Of a stretch of 64,000 nt of DNA, positions 1 to 13,000 are shown piece by piece (the first letter of the stretch is position 1; each line of letters starts with the position of its first letter). The notes beneath the pieces are model-generated. The model saw only the letters and a program-made list of their open reading frames with translations. It was not told the origin of the DNA and did not search any database. Origin of the DNA: an uncultured Deinococcaceae bacterium (GTDB taxonomy: Bacteria; Deinococcota; Deinococci; Deinococcales; Deinococcaceae); contig CAXULY010000001.1 in the NCBI GenBank assembly GCA_964252075.1, positions 32,001 through 96,000 on the forward strand, read 5' to 3'. Made by a program: the position numbers and the translations under genes.

Positions 1-1377
<1,377 letters not shown>

Positions 1378-1400
1378 GGAAGCCTCCGGGAAACTGAAAT

Positions 1401-1415
1401 TTGAACCAAGTCCAA
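1401..1415. promoter_or_regulatory. Probable TetR-family FadR operator
   Basis: TTGAACCAAGTCCAA fits TTRNACYNRGTNYAA (T. thermophilus FadR consensus, recalled from memory) and lies directly upstream of a beta-oxidation gene. Confidence 0.7.
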
Positions 1416-1619
1416 TTTAATGGCGAGCGGGGGCGTTTGTCCATCCGCGACCGTGAGGCGCGCCCCGGCTAAGCCGTTCCTCATACGCCTTTCGGTGGGC
1501 GCGAAAACCCGCGCGGAAGCCTACCCTGACATCAAGACCGCTGCCCCCAGCGCGCCCACGGTGTTCAGACCGCATTCAGACCCGATTTCCTACGCTCAGG
1601 CCAGAAGGGAGGAAGAGCC

Positions 1620-1715
1620 ATGCTGATACTCGCCCTCGTGTTCGCCTCACTCATCGTGCTGACCCTGCTGGACACCGCCGACCGCCGCCACGACGCGCCC
1701 AGCGACCAGCCCTGA
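1620..1715 (+). CDS. Small single-TM protein (31 aa)
   Basis: GGAGG SD then ATG; MLILALVFASLIVLTLLDTADRRHDAPSDQP*. -10-like TACGCT at 1591-1596. Confidence 0.5.
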   Translation: MLILALVFASLIVLTLLDTADRRHDAPSDQP

Positions 1716-1721
1716 CGCGCG

Positions 1722-2246
1722 TCACCGCAGCTTGTCCAGCGTGTTGAGGTTGCGCGAGGTGCAGGTCGCCCGGTACCGCGCCCGCCCCAGCTCCTTCCCG
1801 AAGGCGCTGTCGGTGGTGCGGCCCTGCCGCACCTCCCAGAACAGCACCCCGTCCCCCGGCTGAACCCGCTCCACGTTCGGGTCCAGCCGCTCCTGCATGC
1901 CCAGCAGGTCCGCGAGGGCCGTGGGGTCGGGCGACAGTACCGCGTACGCGTGCCATCCCGCCCGCCCCCGCTCGAACGGCCACGCCTCCACGATGCGCCG
2001 CACCGCGTCCCGCTCCAGCAGCACCACCTTCGCGTCGTACCCGAACACCTCCGACAGCCGCGCCTCGATGCCGCGCTTCAGCTCGTCCCGGCCGCGCTCC
2101 GGCGCCTCGAACAGCACGTTCCCGCTCGCGAGCACGGTCCGCACGCCCGTGAACCCCAGCCCCTCGAACGCCACCTTCAGGTCCGCCATCTTGATGTTGA
2201 TGCCGTTCACGTTGATGCCGCGCAGGAACGCCACGTAAGGGGTCAT
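1722..2246 (-). CDS. DUF1697 family protein
   Basis: N-terminal YVAFLRGINV, LASGNVLF and C-terminal TSRNLNTLDKL. TACAGT lies 6 nt before ATG 2246 (leaderless). Confidence 0.88.
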   Translation of the reverse strand: MTPYVAFLRGINVNGINIKMADLKVAFEGLGFTGVRTVLASGNVLFEAPERGRDELKRGIEARLSEVFGYDAKVVLLERDAVRRIVEAWPFERGRAGWHAYAVLSPDPTALADLLGMQERLDPNVERVQPGDGVLFWEVRQGRTTDSAFGKELGRARYRATCTSRNLNTLDKLR

Positions 2247-2304
2247 AGAGACACTGTAAGGAGCAGGGCGGCCATCAAGGCCGCCCCGCTCCTTCCGCAC
2301 CGGA

Positions 2305-2640
2305 TCACCGCGTCATGATGAGCCAGTGCTGGATGGCGAAGTACACGGTGCTGCACGCCACGCCGAGGTTCAGCAGTGCGAGCAGGAACGCCTGCCTTTG
2401 CTGCTGAAGCTTGTACAGGGTGAAGAAACTCTGTCCGGCCAGCCAGACACCCAGATACGTGGTGAGGCCCGATGAACTGTCCGCGAAGCGCGCCTGTTCG
2501 GGGTGCGCGTTCAGGAACGCCTGCACCACCCCGATGTGGAACACCGCGAGGCCCAGCAGCAGCAGGCAGGTCAGGTAGAAGGCCGCCCACGTCAGGGCCT
2601 CGTACGGCACGGCGCGTGGCGGGCGGGGCTGAACGATCAT
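2305..2640 (-). CDS. Hypothetical membrane protein (about 3 TM)
   Basis: Three hydrophobic segments; host-like codon usage; follows the mutase gene on the same strand. Confidence 0.65.
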   Translation of the reverse strand: MIVQPRPPRAVPYEALTWAAFYLTCLLLLGLAVFHIGVVQAFLNAHPEQARFADSSSGLTTYLGVWLAGQSFFTLYKLQQQRQAFLLALLNLGVACSTVYFAIQHWLIMTR

Positions 2641-2656
2641 GGGCGCCTGCTTTCCC

Positions 2657-4303
<1,647 letters not shown>

Positions 4304-4316
4304 GCTTGCCCTCCGT

Positions 4317-4334
4317 ACCTAACGCTCGTTAGGT
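4317..4334. promoter_or_regulatory. Palindromic operator upstream of the mutase (TetR/PaaR-like)
   Basis: Perfect inverted repeat ACCTAACG-CT-CGTTAGGT, between an extended -10 (TGcTAACCT on minus, 4338-4346) and the SD. Confidence 0.7.
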
Positions 4335-4450
4335 CTCAGGTTAGCAGACGGGCACACATGCGGAGTGTTCCCTGGCTCTCCCAAGCTATCTTCATCTTTC
4401 GAGGTGAGCATGTGAATGGCTGGCCAACAGCTCCCCTCCGGAGGACCGAG

Positions 4451-4855
4451 ATGAAAAAGACCCTCAGCATCATGCTGCTGGCCGCTGGCGTTGCCAGCGC
4501 CGCCACAAGCACAACCGTCGCGCCCGCCTTCGCGGCCATGATCGCCACGCCCGCCAAGACGGGCACCTGCAAGAAAAGCCCGGACGGGCAGACCTGCCGC
4601 TGGAAGAGCACCAAGAACTTCAGTTCGGTGAACTCCCTGACTCGCGGCAAGGACTACTTCGTGTACATCGTGAACGACCCAACCTTCGAGCTGGGTGCTT
4701 TCGGTCCCGGTCAGCAGCCGACCAAAAATGGCTGGATGAAGGTCACACAGGGCGCCCTGAAGGGCGTGTACGTCCGCAAGGTGTACTTCCCGACCGCCCG
4801 GCACCGCCAGTTCGAGATTCGTTCGGCGGCAGCCTACAGCCAGGAAGCCCAATAA
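4451..4855 (+). CDS. Hypothetical secreted protein
   Basis: GGAGG SD, then signal peptide MKKTLSIMLLAAGVASA and a Cys pair. This is the real 3' part of track ORF 2639..4855. Confidence 0.75.
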   Translation: MKKTLSIMLLAAGVASAATSTTVAPAFAAMIATPAKTGTCKKSPDGQTCRWKSTKNFSSVNSLTRGKDYFVYIVNDPTFELGAFGPGQQPTKNGWMKVTQGALKGVYVRKVYFPTARHRQFEIRSAAAYSQEAQ

Positions 4856-4857
4856 GC

Positions 4858-4907
4858 AGCGGTGAGGGTCAGGCGAAGCGCCCGCGCTTCGCCTGACCCT
4901 CACCGCT
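4858..4907. terminator. Long perfect hairpin between convergent genes (probable bidirectional terminator)
   Basis: AGCGGTGAGGGTCAGGCGAAGCGC-CC-GCGCTTCGCCTGACCCTCACCGCT, 24-bp arms. Confidence 0.65.
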
Positions 4908-6930
4908 TGTACCGTTCGAGGCTCTGCTTGTCGCGGATGCGCACCTGGTACGGTCCGGCGGCGGTGCTGAGGTCCAGCATGACCGCGAGCGGCAGGGCCT
5001 CGCCCGGACGGAAGGCGCGCGAGATGTGCCGCAGGTGCATGGCGCCCTCCAGGGCGCGCAGCCGCAGGAGGCCCGGCTCGCGGCGCACCACGAGGCCCCG
5101 CAGGGCCTCCACCTGAAAGACGTCCGCGAGGTCCACGTCGTCGAGCGGCAGTTCGAGGTCCGTGCCGTGCGCGCCGTCCAGCAGCGTCACGATCACCTCG
5201 ATGGGCGGCTCGGGCGGCTGGGCGGGCCGGGGGCGCCGGACGGGGGGCGGCGCGTAGTCCGTGAAGACGTACAGCTGCCGCAGCGCGAGCGTCTCGGCGA
5301 GTTCCAGGAACACCCCTTCGTCCTGCCCGAACTTGTGCAGGCGCAGGGTGTCGGGTTGCGCCTGCAGGCGGGCGGCGCGCCGCGCGCGCTGCGCGGTGTA
5401 CTCCTTGACGCTCGTCATGTCGCTGGTGTCCAACACCACTTCGTTCTCGTCGGTGATGTCGGGCCGGTAGCGTTCGATCACGAGGCCCTGCAGGCGCCGC
5501 ACGCGGAAGAGCCGCCCGATGTCCGTCCGGCCGCGGCGCAGGAAGGCGGACACGCGTTTGCCCTGGCGGTCATGCAGGTACACGCGCAGCGAGCGGTCCA
5601 CGCTGAGCGCCCAGGGGTCCACGCGGCGGCGCGCCCAGCCGATGAGCAGCAGCAGGGCGAGCAGCAGGAGCAGCGCGAGGAGCAGCCACCACCACGGGAA
5701 GGGCCGCACGAGGACGCCCGTGAAGGGCGGCACCTTGAAGGGCGTGCGGTCGTTCAGACGCAGGGCGGGCGCGGCCTGCGCGCCGCCGGGCAGCGTGACG
5801 TTCGTGACGGTCAGGTCGGTGGTTTCGCCCTCGAGGAGGCTCACGGTTTCGTCCGGGAGGGCGGCCTTTAGCTCGGGGGGGACGGTCTGCACCTGCGCCG
5901 TCACGGGGCCGCCCACCGCCTTGTAGTGCAGCACGGCGCGCTGACCGGGGCGCAGCACGCGCAGCACGTCCGGGTTCAGGAGGCGCAGCGTGCCGAGCAG
6001 GGTGTCGGGCACGCCGGGCGCGGCCTTCTCGCCGGGGCGCCTTGGGGTGTCCTGGTCGAAGCGCAGGATCACGTTCTGGCTCGCGCCGGGCAGCACGGCG
6101 CACATGTACCCGACGCTGCCCGCCGCGACGGTGCCCTGGATGTTGAGGTTCACAGCCTCACCGCGGCCCGTGGGGTTCCGGATGCTCACGCTCGCGCCGC
6201 CGATCTGGTCGGAGTCGAGCTGCAGGCGCGTGCCGTCCGGGTGGCGGTAGGGGAAGCTGCCCTGCGGCCCCACCGTGAGCAGGGCGGGCGTGAGGTTCAG
6301 CCCGGTGAAGTCCGGCGTCTGGTGCACGGGCAGTTCGACGGCCTGCGCGAAGTTCGTTTCGCGGAAGCGCGCCTTCACGTTCGCTGGGACGCGCGTGCCG
6401 AGCGCCACGTAGTACAGCTTGTCGAAGGGGCCGCGCGACACGTTGAACGCCCCCAGCGCGCTCTCGATGCTCGCCTCGTGCGAGGGGTCGTTGTCGATGC
6501 CGTCCGTCACGACGTACACGGTGGTGGCGTAGTCATCGCGGCGCGTCAGGACGCCGAAGATGCTGACCATCGAACGGTACAGCCAGGTGTTCGCGCCGTT
6601 CGCCTGCAGGGTGTTCACGGTCCGCTCGAACTCCGCGCGTTCCTGCGGCCACTGGAAGCTCGCGCGCTGCTGCGGCCCGCGGTCGAAGGTCTGCAGTTCC
6701 ACGCTGCCAGGCGCGGTGGTGGCGCGCATACCGCGCACCATGGCGCCCTTCACGGCGGAGAAGATGTTCGCCACGCTGTCCCCTTTGCCCGCCATGGAGC
6801 CGGACGTGTCCAGCAGGAACACCACGCGGGTTTTCGTGGGGGGTGGGCTGAAGGGCAGGGTGCAGTCCTGCTGGGCGAGGACGCTGGAGGTGAGGAGGGC
6901 CACCAGCAGCAGCACGACGCGCGCGATCAT
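4900..6930 (-). CDS. vWA-domain bitopic membrane protein
   Basis: Signal peptide MIARVVLLLVALL; MIDAS DTSGS...T...VTDG; TM segment WWWLLLALLLLLALLLLIGW then RRR and a cytoplasmic tail. CATAAT lies 6 nt before ATG 6930. Confidence 0.85.
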   Translation of the reverse strand: MIARVVLLLVALLTSSVLAQQDCTLPFSPPPTKTRVVFLLDTSGSMAGKGDSVANIFSAVKGAMVRGMRATTAPGSVELQTFDRGPQQRASFQWPQERAEFERTVNTLQANGANTWLYRSMVSIFGVLTRRDDYATTVYVVTDGIDNDPSHEASIESALGAFNVSRGPFDKLYYVALGTRVPANVKARFRETNFAQAVELPVHQTPDFTGLNLTPALLTVGPQGSFPYRHPDGTRLQLDSDQIGGASVSIRNPTGRGEAVNLNIQGTVAAGSVGYMCAVLPGASQNVILRFDQDTPRRPGEKAAPGVPDTLLGTLRLLNPDVLRVLRPGQRAVLHYKAVGGPVTAQVQTVPPELKAALPDETVSLLEGETTDLTVTNVTLPGGAQAAPALRLNDRTPFKVPPFTGVLVRPFPWWWLLLALLLLLALLLLIGWARRRVDPWALSVDRSLRVYLHDRQGKRVSAFLRRGRTDIGRLFRVRRLQGLVIERYRPDITDENEVVLDTSDMTSVKEYTAQRARRAARLQAQPDTLRLHKFGQDEGVFLELAETLALRQLYVFTDYAPPPVRRPRPAQPPEPPIEVIVTLLDGAHGTDLELPLDDVDLADVFQVEALRGLVVRREPGLLRLRALEGAMHLRHISRAFRPGEALPLAVMLDLSTAAGPYQVRIRDKQSLERYKR

Positions 6931-7049
6931 GCCCGGATTATGCCGTGCCGCGCGCGGGGCCGTTCGGTGAGAGACCATGAGGGAGGTGTGAAACAGCTCA
7001 TGCCGTTCGCGCCGCCCGTTGCGGTACGGTGGGCAGAGCGAGGTATGCC

Positions 7050-10000
7050 ATGACCGAACCCGGCTTCGATTGGAGGTCGCCCGAACAGCGCGAGGATCCC
7101 CTCCGGCTCTCGGTGCGGTCCGCCACCGAACTCCTGACGCTCCCTCAGGCCGACCCCATCGCGCCCACGCTGGAGGCCGCTGAGGCGCGGTTCTTCGAGC
7201 GCGCGCCGCACGCGCAGCGCGCGCTCGCGCAGCCGGTCCTTGAGGCGGCGCGGCTGGAGCGGCAGGACGCCGCGCAGCACACGGAGCGCCGCGCGGCCCT
7301 GCAGGGCCGCGCGGAAGAACTGCGCGCCACGCTGCCGGACGGCGCGCTGGACGCCGCGCACGAGCGGGAGGCGCAGCGCCGGAACCCCGCGCTGCCGGCG
7401 CACTTCGCCACGCCGCCGCACCACCGCGCGCCGGGCGCGCGCGCGTCGGCGCAGGACTGGGTGGGCCTGTACGCCTACGAGATGCACGGTCAGCAGCAGC
7501 TGGGCGGCGCGCGCGGCATCGAGGGGCGCGCTGCCGCCGCCATTCAGCGGCGCGCCGCGACCGGCCTGAAGGACGCGTACCGCGACCTGCCGCCGGAGGG
7601 GCGCGCCGAGGGCTTCGGCGGTCAGCTCGCGGCCCTCGCGGAGTGGCCGCTGGGCGGGCAGGTGAGTCAGGCGGTCCTGGCCCGCCTGCCCGCCGGGGAG
7701 CGCGCGCGCGTGCAGGCCGCCCTGATGGGCGCGCAGCGCCAGCGCCGTGACCTCGGCAGCCAGGACGCGCGCGCCCTGGAACTGCAGGGCCTGGAGGGGC
7801 AGCTCGCGCAGGGCGTGGCGCCCCTCGCGGAGCGCCTGCCCGCGGGCCTCCCGGCGGACGTGCGGCGGCAGGTGCAGCTCGGCATGAACGCGGGTCCGGG
7901 TGCCTTCGAGGCGGCGGGCAGCGCCATGGACGGCGCGGCGCAGATCACCGCCCGCTCGCGCGGCGAACGGACCGGCAGCGTCCCGGCGCTGCCCCAGGCG
8001 GACGGCGTGGGCGCACCGAAGGGCCGGCGCGCGCCGAAGAAGGCGCCGGCCGGCGCGAAGCGCGCGACCCGCGCCAAGGACGACCCCAAAGGCAAAGCCA
8101 AGAAGGCGCCCGCGAACGCCAAGGCCGAGAAAGGCAAGGGCAAGACCACTGCGAAAGCCAAAGGGAAAGCCGCAGGCGCTAAGGCCCCGAAGGCAAACGG
8201 CAAGGCGCCCACCGCAGGTGCGCGCGCCAAGGGTGCGGCCCCGCGCGCAGGCAAGGGCGCGGCGCTGCCCACACCGGGCGCCGGGGGTGGCGCGGCGGGC
8301 GGCCCGCAGGCGCTGCGGGCCGTGCCGCTCGCCGAGATGCCCAAGGGGATCAGCGCGAAGCCCGTCCTGCAGGTGGACGGCACCGCCTTCTATGACCTCG
8401 GGCAGTGGAAGCAGCTGGAGGCGCAGGAAGCGCAGCAGGCCCGGCAGGTGCACGTCGGCACCGCCACCCGGACGGGCGCGAGCGCCCCGCAGGCCGCGCC
8501 GCGCGCGAGCACCGCGCACCCCCTGAAGCAGGTGGGGCGCACCGTGAGCGCCGCGCAGATCAAGGCCGCCGAGGCCGCCGAACGCAAGGCCGCCGAGGGG
8601 GAAATGCACGCCTTCGTGACGCGCAGCCAGGCGAAGATCAAGGCGCTGGACGGCGCCCGCCGGGCCGTCGCCCCGACCGTGCAGGCCGCCGCGAAGGGCG
8701 CGCAGGCCAAGGTGGCGGGCGCCGCGCGGACCGCCACCGCGCAGCTCGCCTCCGCCGCCGCTTCCGCCACAGCGAAGGCGCAGGCGGCCGCCGCGAGCGC
8801 CCGCACGAAAATCCAGGCGGAGTTCAGCAGCACCACCAGCGCCATCAAGGCCGCCACGCGCAGCAACCAGGCCGCCCTGAACGCCCAGCACACCGCCGCC
8901 GTCTCCGCGCTCGCGAAGGGGCTGACCAGCCTGAACAGCGGCGTCAGCTCGGCCTTCACGGCCGCGCAGGGCCGCGCGCACACCATCGGGCAGTCCGTGG
9001 GCGGCGCGGCCCTCGCGAAAGGCAACCAGCGGGCCGCCGCGTACGCCGCCGAGCCCCTCCCGCACCAGAGCGGCTGGGACAACTTCGTGAACGGCAAGGA
9101 CTACCCCGCCAAGAAACGCCAGGCGAAAGTGGACGCCGCGCGACAGGTCGGGCAGAGTTACCACGACGAGCTCATCAAGCACGCCGAGGAGTACGCCGCG
9201 AAGATCCCCGAGGGGCAGGCGCAAGTCACGGACGGCAACCAGAAGCTGCACGACGAGTACCTCAAGACCCTCGACCAGCAGCACACCGACAGCGTCACCG
9301 CGCTGCACGACGCCGAAACGCAGTTCATCCAGCAGGCCACCACCACCCGTGACCAGCAGCTGCAGGCGGTCGCGCAGCAGCTCCGCCAGGCGGTCGCGGG
9401 CATCAACCGGCAGCACACCGCCCTCAAAGGGCAGGTGCAGCAGCAGTCGAGCAGCCAGCAGGCCGCCATCAGCAAGGCCGCCGCGAGCAGCATCAGCGGC
9501 CTCCAGAAGGCCGCCGACACCGCCACCTCCGGCCTGCACAAGCAGGTGAGCGGCATTCAGGGCCAGCTGAAAGGCAAGGGCGTGCCGGACGTGCAGGCGC
9601 TCAAGGCGCAGCTGGGCACCGCCGACCAGGAAATCGCGGGCGGCGTCGCGGCCGCCCAGCAGTCCATCACGGGCGGCGCGCGCACCGCGTCCGCGCAGCT
9701 GAACGGGCAGGCGGGCAGCGCCGCCGCCGCCCTCGCGGGCACCGCCAGCCAGGGCGCCCAGGGCATGAACCAGGCGGGCGCGCAGGCGGCGAGCGCCGCC
9801 GCGCAGGTCGCGACGGGCGCCGCGCAGGCCCTCAAGGGCCTCGCGAAGGGCCACGAGGCGGCCCTCAAGGCCCTCACCGAGAAGGTCAAGAGCGGCACGC
9901 AGTCCATCCAGAAAGGCTTCGACGCCGACGCGAAGAGCGTCACGACCGGCGTGCGCGACCAGCTGAAGCAGGCGGGCGACACCTTCCAGGGCGACCTCAC

Positions 10001-13000
10001 CAAAGGCATGGCCGACGAGGACGCCAAGATCACCGAGGAGGCCAACAAGGCCGCCGACAAGGTCCAGCCGCGCTGGAAGGGCTGGGTCAGCATCGTCATC
10101 GACATCGTGATCGCCATCGCCGTGACGGCCCTCGTCATCTGCACGGGCGGCGTCGCGGGCGTGGTGCTCGGCATCGTCGCGGGCGCCGTGGGCGGCGTCC
10201 TCGGGCAGCTCGCCAAGGACGGCCTGAACGGCGAGATGTCCAGCTGGCAGACCTACGCCGCTGCGGCCCTCGGCGGCGCCATCGGCGGCGCGGTTGGCGC
10301 GGGCGGCGGCGCGCTCAGCGGGAAACTCGCGGGCATGGCGGGCGAGAAGCTCCTCGCCATGGGCGCGGGCAAGGTCGCCTCGGGCGCCGTGAAGTTCGGC
10401 GTGGACTTCGTGGGGAACAACATCACGGGCCTCGTCGGGCAGGCGGTGTCGGGCTTCATCAACAACAAGGCCTTCGGCACGCCCTTCAGCCTCTCCGACG
10501 TGTTCTCCGTCAAGAACATCGCGCAGAACGCCCTCATGACCGGCGTGGGCTCCGCCGCCGGGAAGTACTTCGAGCACAACCCCGGCGTGGTGAACCGCAT
10601 GCGCGGCATGGCGGGCTTCGGCCCGAAACCGCAGGTGCACGTCACGGCCTCGCCCGAGCACGCCGCCGCGGCGCCCGAAGGTGCGGGAACCCACGCGCCC
10701 ACCGGCAAGACCGAGGGCGCCCCAACGACCCCCAAGGGCAGCACGGAAGCACCCCGCGCGCCCACCACCGGCCGGGAGGCCCCGGTCCCGCCCGCCACCC
10801 GTGAGGCGCCCGCGCAGTCCGCGGCGCCCCGCACCACAGAAATTCCCGCGCCGCACCGCAGCAAGGCGCCGGGCGCGCCGGAGGGCCGCGGGAACACCAC
10901 GCCCCGTGCTGGGGGGAGCGAAACCACCCGGTCCGCCGGCGACCGCACCACCGAAGGCCAGACCCGCAACACGGCGCCGGAAGGGAACGCGCGCGGCGAA
11001 GGTCAGAGCCCCGAGCCCATTGCGGCCCGACACCCCGAGGGCGCGCCCGGCACTGGCGGCAAGCCTGACGTGAGCGAGCAGTTCCGCACCAACACCTTCG
11101 AGCGCAACGGCAGGACCTACGTGGAGACCACCGGGCGGCTGGGTCAGCCCGGGGAAGTGCAGACGCACCGCGATCCCTCCGCGCAGGCCCGGGTGTCCAG
11201 GGGCACCGGGGACGACGCGGGGCACCGCATTGGCGACCGCTTCGGCGCGCCCGGCGACGAGAGCAACCTCGCGCAGCAGAATTGGCGCGCGAACCGCAAC
11301 GGCACCTTCAAGCAACTGGAGAACCGCTGGGCCGCCGCCCTCAAGGACGGCGTGCAGATCGAAGCGAAAGTCACGGACATCACGCGCGCCGGCGAGACCC
11401 GCCCCTTCATGCGCCGCGCGGAGTGGACGGAAACCCACCCGGACGGCAGCGTCACGCACCACGAACTGGACTTCGCGAACACCCACACGCCGGAATCCCG
11501 CAGCAAGCAGAACATCCCGGACACCGTCAGCGAACCGCAGGCGAACAACGTGACGCACGTCGATTTCCGGAACCGCCGCGTGATCGAGGGCCCGCAGGGC
11601 CCCACGCCGCCCGAGGGCAGTGCACCCACCCGCCCCGGTAAGGCGGAGGGACGGAATGAGGGCGCACCTGAGACCGCAACTGGCGATACACCCGAAACGG
11701 TCAGCGCTCGCAACCGGCGGTCGGACGACCCGGACCTGAACCCCACGTCCGTCGCGGACCTGCCCGGCACGGTCAGCGGCACGTACGATTACACCAACCC
11801 CGGCCCGCTCTCGCCCGACAAGGCCGCCACCTTCGCCGGGCAGCGCTACAGGACCGTGAAGCTCGAACAGGACCTTGTGCTGTACCGCGTGGGTGAGGAA
11901 GGCAAACCCCTCGGGCAGTTCTTCGATACCAAGGCGCCCATGAGTGAAATCCAGGCGCGCATCGACAAGGCGGTCCTGCCGCGCTGGCCGGGCGGCGGGG
12001 AATCACCCATCCAGATGGTGCACGAGGTGCGCGTGCCCGCCGGCACCGACATCCACGTGGGCGAGGTCGCGAACCAGGGCGAGTACTACCTGGGCGGCAC
12101 CCGGCAGGTCGTCGTGATTGAACCCTGGAAGATTCCGGGGCTGGAAGTGCTGAGCAGCAAACCCGTGAACCGCATCGAGGTGCAGCCCGCCATTCCCGCC
12201 GAACGGGTCGGCGACGTGCAGCCCCTCATCGAGCGTGCCCAGGCCACGCCACCCACTGTGGACGGCGCGGGTCCCCCCACCCCGCAGGGGGGTGAGGGCG
12301 CGCCGCCCGTCAGTGCGGGCCCGAAAAGCGTGACGGCCGAGGAGCTCGCCGCTGGCCTGCCCGCGCACCTGCGCGACCGGGTGCCCGTGGAGGTCCACGC
12401 GGACCTGCCCAGCAACACGGTGCGCGTGCGGTACGAGGCGGAGAACGGCGTCATCAAGGCCGTGAAACTAGAGGCCGGGCCGCAGGCCACCCCGCGCGAC
12501 ATCGAACTGCACGCGCAGACCGTGCAGGCCATGCAGAAATATATGGGTCTGCAGGGCCGGGTGCGCGCCGCGCTCGACCGCCTCATGCGCCTCGTCGGGC
12601 TGGACGGCACGCCGAAAGTCGGGACGCGCGCGTGGGAAGCGCACCTGGAACTCCAGAAGCTGGACGGCATCATTCAGGAACGCCAGGCCGCACTCGCGGG
12701 CAGCGACGACGCCGCCACCCGAAGCCGCCTTGAGGCGGACATCCAGCACCTCGAACAGCAACTCGCGACGCACGAGGCGACCCTCGGCCGCATGGACCTG
12801 AACCCCGGTGAGGGGTACGTGGCGGCGGACGGCATCCGCAACGGCACGCACCCGAACACCCTGGAGTTCAACTTCGACCAGATCCGCAAGGACCTGTTCG
12901 GCAAGAAGGGCCGCCCCGGCTGGAGCGAGGACACCAAGCAGACCTTGAAGTCCGAGTACCCCAGCATGCACGACGCGGACACCACCAACCTCGTGCCGGG

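Noticed and set aside
6927..11558. 1543-aa minus-strand ORF, and similar long antisense ORFs (20172-23123, 23824-25863, 26360-28591, 45997-49212, 51993-58211)
   Set aside because: Shadow frames of real genes in high-GC DNA; R/A/G-rich with no recognisable motifs.
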